NCBI GenBank assembly: GCA_963638085.1
Contig: CAVHPJ010000010.1
Coordinates: forward strand, 1,805 to 65,804
Length of the DNA stretch: 64,000 bases
Direction of reading: 5' to 3'
From: Butyricicoccaceae bacterium
GTDB lineage: Bacteria > Bacillota > Clostridia > Oscillospirales > Acutalibacteraceae
Below are positions 58,049 through 64,000 of this stretch, one piece after another (position 1 is the stretch's first letter; each line of letters begins with the position of its first letter). A program made the translations under genes and the position numbers. The notes below the pieces were generated by a model, which was not told the origin of the DNA, searched no databases, and was given only the letters and a program-made list of their open reading frames with translations.

Positions 58049-58768
58049 TTACTGGTTCTTGTTTAAGATACGGTTTTCTGTTTCTCCGGTAGCCAGATTG
58101 TAATATCTGACATACAGAGAAATTTTATTTTGGTCATTCAGGTTTTCCCAAAGATCTTTGGTTAATTCATCAATATCATTGGGAACCTGAATTCGTTCCG
58201 GTTCGCCTTGGAAGGTTGGAATCGGATTACCATCGGTAACGTAGGTATGAATAAAATGACCTAAACCGGCAACCGGTTCATATTCAAACGTGTAACGGTT
58301 GCAGGCCGTTCCCTCTGCATCTGCGGATTTCAAAATGCTAAGCTTATAAGACAAACCACCGTCTTTCAAATAAGCAATTCCGGAAATGCGTGGGGTCAGG
58401 TTGGGCGCATCCGGTTCAAACTGCCGTGTACGCAAAGCCTCTTCAAAGGTCTTTCCTTCCTGCAGGAAGTCATAAATAGTTTGGGTCTGGTCTCCGTTGG
58501 TCACAATCAGTGCATCCCCTGCCATTTTGATGGGGGAATAAATAATCAGCGACGGGTCTTCTACCTTGGATTCATCAAACGGATAAATAATAACTTCGGA
58601 CTCTTTTTCCGTGAAAATACGGTTTCTAGAGTTTTCACTGCGTCCCATGATGAAATAAGCAACCGCCAACTTGGCACCATCTTCGGTTAGGCCAAGTAAG
58701 ATGCCTCTTCCGACATAGGGATTTCCGGCAACAGCCTTTCCAATACTCTGGGTGTCATAAATGCTCAT
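58049..58768 (-). CDS. purO: IMP cyclohydrolase, PurO (archaeal) type
   Basis: NPYVGRGI..G......AVAYFIMGRSENSRNR pattern of the PurO family. AGGAGG RBS lies 7 nt upstream. Confidence 0.8.
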   Translation of the reverse strand: MSIYDTQSIGKAVAGNPYVGRGILLGLTEDGAKLAVAYFIMGRSENSRNRIFTEKESEVIIYPFDESKVEDPSLIIYSPIKMAGDALIVTNGDQTQTIYDFLQEGKTFEEALRTRQFEPDAPNLTPRISGIAYLKDGGLSYKLSILKSADAEGTACNRYTFEYEPVAGLGHFIHTYVTDGNPIPTFQGEPERIQVPNDIDELTKDLWENLNDQNKISLYVRYYNLATGETENRILNKNQ

Positions 58769-58796
58769 GAATGATCCTCCTGCTTTTAAACCTTCT

Positions 58797-58911
58797 TAAA
58801 AATAAAACTGGGCAGCCCGAAAGAATCTTTCAGGGCTGCCCAGACGGTCGACATTAACTACTTTTTCTGCTTCCTGTGGTGAACTCCACTATCCGTCAGT
58901 TACAGAAAAAG
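58797..58911 (-). promoter_or_regulatory. ZTP (pfl motif) riboswitch with an intrinsic-terminator expression platform
   Basis: Minus-strand RNA: P1 CUUUUUCUG/CAGAAAAAG encloses CUGACGG-AUA-GUGG-AGUUCA-CCAC-AGGAAG. After the linker comes UGUC-GACCGUCUG-GGCA. GACGG can pair with CCGUC as a pseudoknot. CUGGGCAGCCC is also the 5' arm of an 11-bp terminator (GGGCUGCCCAG + UUUUAUUUUU). purO-purH lie downstream. Confidence 0.85.
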
Positions 58912-58960
58912 GATTTTATTTTAAAAGTGCGTAGCGCTAATTCGCCAGGAAAAAGCAAAA

Positions 58961-60028
58961 TCAGCAAACCGGATAAATCCAGCCCTTGGTATCTTCCAGA
59001 CGACCCCACTGAATACCGGTCATGGTATCATACAGCTTCTGGGTCAGAGGTCCGATCTTTCCGCCGGAAATTTCAGCAACCTTGTCTTTCCACTTCAGTT
59101 CCTTAACCGGAGATACAACAGCTGCGGTACCGCAACCCCATACCTCTTCCAGCTTGCCTTCTTCGGAAGCCTTCATAATGTCGGCAATGGCCAGTTTTCC
59201 TTCAATAACTTCATAGCCCCAGTCCTTGCAAAGTTCAATAACGGAGCGACGGGTTACACCGGGAAGAACAGTACCAACACAAGGTGCGGTATAAATTTTC
59301 CCGTCAATCTTGAAGAGGATGTTCATTGCGCCAACTTCTTCAACGTACTTCTTTTCTACGCCGTCCAGCCAAAGAACCTGAGAGTAACCTGCCTTTTCAG
59401 CAAGGTCTCCGGCCTTAATGGAAGCAGCATAGTTACCGCCACATTTGGTAAATCCGGTCAGGCCGGGGGCGGCACGAATGTATTCATCTTCTACATAAAT
59501 CTTAACCGGAGCAATGCCTTCGCTGTAGTAGGCACCGGACGGGCTGCAGATAATGCAGAAGCGGTAATGCTTAGAGGCGTGTACACCAAGGCCAACATCT
59601 GTAGCAAAGGTAAACGGACGGATGTACAAAGAAGTTCCGTCAGTGTGCGGTACCCAATCCTTTTCCACTTCAACCAGGGTCTTAACAGCCTGAATAAAAT
59701 CTTCAACCGGAATTTCCGGAATGCAAAGACGATCTGCAGAGTCATTCATCCGGTTGGCATTACAGTCTGGGCGGAAGAGCTGAATTTTGCCTTCTGCGGT
59801 GCGGTATGCCTTCATGCCTTCAAAAATTTCCTGTGCATAGTGTAAAACGACAGTAGCCGGATCCATGGAAAACGGTTCATAAGGAACAATGCGGGCGTCA
59901 TGCCAGCCTTCTCCTTCTGTGTAATCCATTACGAACATGTGGTCCGTAAAGATCTGGCCGAAGCCAAGAGCAGATTCATCAGTTGGCTTTGCCTTCGGTG
60001 TTGTGGTTTTAACAATTTTGATATCCAA
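58961..60028 (-). CDS. ilvE: Branched-chain amino acid aminotransferase
   Basis: FTDHMF, EGMKAYR and GGNYAAS... motifs of class IV BCAT. GGGAGG lies 8 nt before a TTG at 60028. Confidence 0.9.
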   Translation of the reverse strand: MDIKIVKTTTPKAKPTDESALGFGQIFTDHMFVMDYTEGEGWHDARIVPYEPFSMDPATVVLHYAQEIFEGMKAYRTAEGKIQLFRPDCNANRMNDSADRLCIPEIPVEDFIQAVKTLVEVEKDWVPHTDGTSLYIRPFTFATDVGLGVHASKHYRFCIICSPSGAYYSEGIAPVKIYVEDEYIRAAPGLTGFTKCGGNYAASIKAGDLAEKAGYSQVLWLDGVEKKYVEEVGAMNILFKIDGKIYTAPCVGTVLPGVTRRSVIELCKDWGYEVIEGKLAIADIMKASEEGKLEEVWGCGTAAVVSPVKELKWKDKVAEISGGKIGPLTQKLYDTMTGIQWGRLEDTKGWIYPVC

Positions 60029-60066
60029 TTGAACTACCTCCCGTAGCATTAGAGAATTACGGTAAA

Positions 60067-60095
60067 ATTTTAGTCCGCTAAAGGACTGCTGTCAA
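60067..60095 (-). promoter_or_regulatory. Near-consensus sigma-A promoter for ilvE
   Basis: On the minus strand: TTGACA (60095-60090), 17-nt spacer, TAAAAT (60072-60067). Confidence 0.6.
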
Positions 60096-60108
60096 GACGT
60101 TCTAAGGC

Positions 60109-61329
60109 CTATTTGCGTGCTTTTTCTTCCGAAGTCCAGGCAAACCCGATTTTGTCTTTTCCAAAGCGTTCCCGAATGGAATCCATGGTGCTTTCCAGGG
60201 TTTCCTGCCGTTCTTCCTTTTTCCCTTGCGATTCAGGTGCCGCATCAAACAAGCTCATCTGTTCCGGCTGCGGGTCATCCTGTGACACCAGGTCCGTTCC
60301 GGTTACGGAAAGAAGCCGAACCGGTCGTTGTAAGTCCCAGGTTTCTCTGACCAGCTCCATGGAAATTTTGGAAATATCTTTTTGCAAATAGGTTGGACGC
60401 TTCAATTTGCGCTGCCGTTGTACGGTCTTAAAATCAGGGTCCTTTAATGCCACCTGAATGGTATACGCTTTTAGCTCCTTCTGCCGAAGCCGGGACGCCA
60501 CGGAGTCAGACAATTCGTTGATGCCGGCCCGAATCTCCGCTTCCCCGACCAGGTCATGTTTAAACGTAATGCTGTTGCCGACGGATTTCACTTCCCGCTT
60601 TTCGTAAAAGTCGTGAACCGGGTCCTGGTCCAGTCCGTGGATATAGGTATACAGCTGGTCTCCCTGCTTTCCTAAGATATGCACAAGAAATTCCCGGTCA
60701 AAGCGGCTAACATCTTCGCAGGTATGAATGGAATATCGTTCCAGGGTTTCCACGGACTTTTTTCCGACAAACAGCAGGTCGGAAACGGGAAGCGGATAAA
60801 CAAGGGCCGGCACATCTTCCCGAAAAATGACTGTGGTGGCGTCCGGCTTTTTGTAGTCACTACCCAGTTTGGCAAACACCTTGCAAAAGCTGACTCCAAC
60901 AGATATGGTCAGGCCAAGCTCTTCCCGGACCCGTCTGCGAATGTCATCCGCCAGCTCCTTCGGTGTCATTTGAAACAAATGGATGGAGCCGGTTACGTCT
61001 AAGAAAGATTCATCAATGCTGAAGGGCTCTACCAAATCCGTGTAATCCAGATAAATCCGATTCAGCTTTTCATAATACTGATGGTACACTTCGTGGTGCG
61101 GCGGAACGCAGACCAGGTCCGGGCATTTTCGCTTGGCGGACCATATGGTCTCTGCTGTACGGATGCCATATTTTTTAGCCAGTTCGTTTTTAGCCAACAC
61201 AATTCCGTGTCGGTTCTCCGGATTGCCTGTAACAGCCATAGGAACCTGTTTCAGTTCCGGCCGGAGCACCGACTCAACCGAAGCAAAAAAGCTGTTGCCG
61301 TCACAATGTAAAATAATCCGGTCTGCCAT
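60109..61329 (-). CDS. dinB: Y-family DNA polymerase IV
   Basis: ILHCDGNSFFASVE and SIDESFLDV catalytic motifs, with little-finger domain features. AAGGGAG RBS. Confidence 0.9.
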   Translation of the reverse strand: MADRIILHCDGNSFFASVESVLRPELKQVPMAVTGNPENRHGIVLAKNELAKKYGIRTAETIWSAKRKCPDLVCVPPHHEVYHQYYEKLNRIYLDYTDLVEPFSIDESFLDVTGSIHLFQMTPKELADDIRRRVREELGLTISVGVSFCKVFAKLGSDYKKPDATTVIFREDVPALVYPLPVSDLLFVGKKSVETLERYSIHTCEDVSRFDREFLVHILGKQGDQLYTYIHGLDQDPVHDFYEKREVKSVGNSITFKHDLVGEAEIRAGINELSDSVASRLRQKELKAYTIQVALKDPDFKTVQRQRKLKRPTYLQKDISKISMELVRETWDLQRPVRLLSVTGTDLVSQDDPQPEQMSLFDAAPESQGKKEERQETLESTMDSIRERFGKDKIGFAWTSEEKARK

Positions 61330-61375
61330 ACCCTACACTCCCTTTCTGCTCTGCCTGATCTGTTCTAAGATAAGT

Positions 61376-61405
61376 TTACCATTTTCCGCTTATTTGTGGT
61401 ATATT
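61376..61405 (+). promoter_or_regulatory. Putative extended -10 promoter for the 61441 CDS
   Basis: TTACCA, 18-nt spacer, TGgTATATT. Confidence 0.4.
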
Positions 61406-61440
61406 AGTCATGAACGAAAACTTCTCCCGGAGGGATTGAA

Positions 61441-61926
61441 ATGAAAAAAGTACTAAAAGTTCTGAAAAGCTCCGTTGCAGCTCTTCTGGCAATCAATTTA
61501 ATTTTCCTTGCCTGTATCTGCTACATCTGGTTTGGGGTACTTCGCGGTTATTACAATGTGCCGAATGACAACAAATATGTTACGGTCTATGATACCGACT
61601 CCGGACTGGTTTCCGATGATATGCTGGCAGCATTTGGGGACGAAGAGGTTTATGCTTTGGGTGTAAACGAAGCTGGCACCGTTGTTTTCCAGCATCCGCA
61701 CAAAGCTTATAAGAAAGCAATTAAGGAATGCAAAGAAGCCAAAAAGGCTATTAAGAAAGAATATGATTTGAAGCATATGAGCCGCACCTGGTATATTGCT
61801 TATATAGATGCCGGTCAGCAGTATGCAGAAGAACATGAAGAAGACAGTCCGGAACTGTCCGAAGAAGCGCAGCTCCTTTCTTATGTGCTTTCCATTTATT
61901 CCAACAGCTATAATAAGACCAGATAA
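61441..61926 (+). CDS. Hypothetical membrane-anchored protein
   Basis: GGAGGG RBS lies 6 nt upstream. N-terminal TM and a charged Lys/Glu-rich C-terminal half. I do not recognise a family. Confidence 0.55.
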   Translation: MKKVLKVLKSSVAALLAINLIFLACICYIWFGVLRGYYNVPNDNKYVTVYDTDSGLVSDDMLAAFGDEEVYALGVNEAGTVVFQHPHKAYKKAIKECKEAKKAIKKEYDLKHMSRTWYIAYIDAGQQYAEEHEEDSPELSEEAQLLSYVLSIYSNSYNKTR

Positions 61927-61947
61927 AACCGTCTCAGTCAGGATTTC

Positions 61948-61980
61948 ACGCGGTGTCTTTTGGCACCGCGTATTTTGTTG
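61948..61980 (+). terminator. Rho-independent terminator after the 61441 CDS
   Basis: ACGCGGTG-(8 nt)-CACCGCGT followed by ATTTTGTTG. Confidence 0.75.
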
Positions 61981-62009
61981 AAACAGTATTTGAAACAGGA
62001 GGATTTTTT

Positions 62010-63017
62010 ATGTCAAAAAAATCGAAAAACTGGATTGCCGTTGGGCTTTTTGTCCTGGTTTTCGGAATTCTACTGCTGCTGGCAAGCTTATTTGATTTTC
62101 AAATCAGTCAGCTGCTGACCGCACATGCTCTGGAGGGTCATACTTACATTACCAATGATGATGCCTTTGCCGTTGTCATGGAAATTTTGGGCTCTGCTCC
62201 GGCGGAATTGATGATTTCTTTGGCTTTCTGCATTATTTTCTGGTATGCACAGTACTTTTGGACTGGTGCCAAAAAATACATCTGGGCATCCCTGATGTTA
62301 GTTTTTAATGTCATCAGTAACTACGTGTTGGCTTCGGACATTATGTCCTACGTTCGCCAACACCTGTTCCTGAACCCGGATCCGGATTATGCAGGTGGCG
62401 CCTGGTTAAAAGTTTTTTGTGTGTTTGTCGGTCTCTTCCTGGCAGCCTTAGAAGTTCTTGCAGTAAAAAATGTACCGAAAGAACAGATTCAAAAACTGCT
62501 TGGCTTCTCCGTTGCCGTTATTGTCCTGATTGCCATTCCCAATATCATCATCAACTTGGGAATTAAGGCTTATGTCGGTCGGATTCGTTACAGAGCCATG
62601 AATATGTATCCGGACAATGCAGATTACGGTTACGCTGCCTTTGCCAACTGGTATGAAGTCAATGGCCAGTGGTTAGATGATGTACAAAAGACCAAGCTGT
62701 TCGGTAATACAGATGCACTGAAGTCCTTCCCCTCCGGCCACACCTGTGCTGCCGGCATGAGCTATGGACTGATTATGCTAAACGATGCACTTGGTATTAA
62801 AAATAAAAAAGTGCGCACCCTTCTTTGGATTATTCCGATTGTCATCACCGGTGCCGTTGCCGTCAGCCGCATTATTGTCGGAGCACATTTCATGTCTGAT
62901 GTTCTGATTGGCGGAACCATGTCTTTCCTTACCATGCTTCTGGTTCGTGAAATCTTTGTTTGCAAAGGCAGCAATGTCAAAGCCATGTTCGGGAAAGAAG
63001 AAAAAGTTGCCGCTTAA
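62010..63017 (+). CDS. PAP2 family (type 2 phosphatidic acid phosphatase-like) membrane phosphatase
   Basis: KxxxxxxRP-like region plus PSGHT and SRIIVGAHFMSDV motifs. AGGAGG lies 8 nt before the ATG at 62010. The ORF-track start at 61953 falls inside the upstream terminator. Confidence 0.85.
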   Translation: MSKKSKNWIAVGLFVLVFGILLLLASLFDFQISQLLTAHALEGHTYITNDDAFAVVMEILGSAPAELMISLAFCIIFWYAQYFWTGAKKYIWASLMLVFNVISNYVLASDIMSYVRQHLFLNPDPDYAGGAWLKVFCVFVGLFLAALEVLAVKNVPKEQIQKLLGFSVAVIVLIAIPNIIINLGIKAYVGRIRYRAMNMYPDNADYGYAAFANWYEVNGQWLDDVQKTKLFGNTDALKSFPSGHTCAAGMSYGLIMLNDALGIKNKKVRTLLWIIPIVITGAVAVSRIIVGAHFMSDVLIGGTMSFLTMLLVREIFVCKGSNVKAMFGKEEKVAA

Positions 63018-63086
63018 CCTGAACTACCTTTCGCATGGACAATGGAACGCGTCAATTAAGCATCCATAAAACAGAAAACAAGAAAA

Positions 63087-63135
63087 ACCACTTCTTTTCC
63101 GATGAAACATCGTCAAGAAGTGGTTTTTTATTATT
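63087..63135. terminator. Bidirectional intrinsic terminator between the PAP2 gene (+) and lysA (-)
   Basis: AACCACTTCTT/AAGAAGTGGTT stem with an inner GATG/CATC stem, flanked by an A-run and TTTTATTATTTT. Confidence 0.8.
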
Positions 63136-63164
63136 TTGTATTTTGCGCTTTAAGAAATGGTTCC

Positions 63165-64000
63165 TTAGACGTCTAAGTGAGCCAGATCTTCCAGGCTTTC
63201 CCGCTTAACGGCAACATAACTTTCGCCTTTGTTCAGCATAACAATTGGTGGCTTCGGAAGCTTATTATAGTTGGAAGCCATGGCATAGTTGTAAGCACCT
63301 GTGGTCAGAACAGCAATGAAATCACCGCGGCCAATATCTTCCGGCAGGTTAACGTTTTCCTGGATAATGTCTCCAGATTCGCAGCAACGGCCAACTACAG
63401 AGGCTTTCCAGTCTCCGTCAAAGTTTACCCGGTTAGCAGGTAAAACCGTGTAAGCAGAGCCGTACAGCGCAAAACGGATGTTATCTGTCATACCACCATC
63501 AATGGAAACATAGTTCTTGTAACCCGGAATCTGCTTTACAGATCCTACGGTGTATACCGTCATACCGGCGTCAGCTACAATGCTGCGGCCCGGTTCAAAG
63601 CAAATAATCGGTGTCTTGATGTTCAATTCTTCGGTCTTTTTATGAATGCAATCTCCTACCTTGCGAATATTTTCTGCAATGTCAATGGTAGGATCCGCTT
63701 CTACATAGCGAACACCATAGCCGCCACCAAGGTCCAGTTCTTCTGCTTCATAGCCATACTTTTGTTTCATGTCAGCAATGAAATCCAGCATAACATCAAC
63801 CGCTTTAAAGAACACATCGGAGTCAAATACCTGGGAACCAACATGGCAATGGAAGCCGCTCAGAATAATATGATCCAAAGACAGCGCCAGCTTTGTAATT
63901 TCTTCTGCCTGTCCGGTTTCAATGGCGGAACCAAACTTGGAGTCTACCTTACCGGTGGAAACTGCAGCAAAGGTGTGTGGATCAATGCCGGGAGTCAGAC
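63165..64000 (-). CDS. lysA: Diaminopimelate decarboxylase (C-terminal part; the 5' end lies beyond the window)
   Basis: ...HTFAAVSTGKVDSKFG..., HCHVGSQ, EPGRS and CESGD motifs. The reading frame stays open to position 64000. Confidence 0.9.
   Translation of the reverse strand, partial: LTPGIDPHTFAAVSTGKVDSKFGSAIETGQAEEITKLALSLDHIILSGFHCHVGSQVFDSDVFFKAVDVMLDFIADMKQKYGYEAEELDLGGGYGVRYVEADPTIDIAENIRKVGDCIHKKTEELNIKTPIICFEPGRSIVADAGMTVYTVGSVKQIPGYKNYVSIDGGMTDNIRFALYGSAYTVLPANRVNFDGDWKASVVGRCCESGDIIQENVNLPEDIGRGDFIAVLTTGAYNYAMASNYNKLPKPPIVMLNKGESYVAVKRESLEDLAHLDV

Noticed and set aside
61330-61440. Possible LexA/Cheo box upstream of dinB
   Set aside because: The best candidates are GAAGTTTTCGTTC (wrong spacing) and GAACAGATCAGG. 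Neither fits GAAC-N4-GTTC.

Overview
This window looks like a gene-dense chromosomal segment of a Firmicutes/Clostridia-type anaerobe. The pointers are an IspH-S1 fusion, reverse rubrerythrin, HemZ, archaeal-type PurO with a short PurH, and a class 3 FBPase; the taxon is inferred from gene content only. I annotate about 60 CDS, one tRNA-Ala(GGC), one riboswitch, and a set of intrinsic terminators, promoters and operator-like sites. Most content is housekeeping, often in Bacillus/Clostridium-like synteny. It includes cmk-plsC-ispH/rpsA, queA-tgt-yajC, radA, recJ-rel-dtd, argCJBD, nusB-xseAB-tlyA-nadK-argR-recN-tyrS, glyA, ilvE, dinB and lysA (lysA is cut by the window end). I see no CRISPR array, transposase, prophage block or recognisable defence or toxin-antitoxin module, and I cannot point to a convincing undescribed multi-gene system. 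The items most worth a second look are:
- A well-supported ZTP (pfl) riboswitch with a terminator platform, in front of a tightly packed purO-purH-PRT-GtrA-like-glyA block.
- A low-GC 1276-aa double HgdC-type activase/DUF2229 fusion plus a cupin, with its own promoter and a nested palindrome.
- A 586-nt AT-rich, palindrome- and heptamer-rich non-coding region between a Xer-type recombinase and radA.
- ARG boxes upstream of argC and a Fur-type 7-1-7 box upstream of the perR-like/rubrerythrin operon.
- Several odd proteins: a SipW-like membrane protein with an acidic coiled-coil head, an orphan fumarase alpha subunit, an fbp-coupled zinc-ribbon protein, and an exonuclease with a Cys-rich tail.

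All calls come from reading the sequence and ORF translations by eye. No database or covariance-model search was run.
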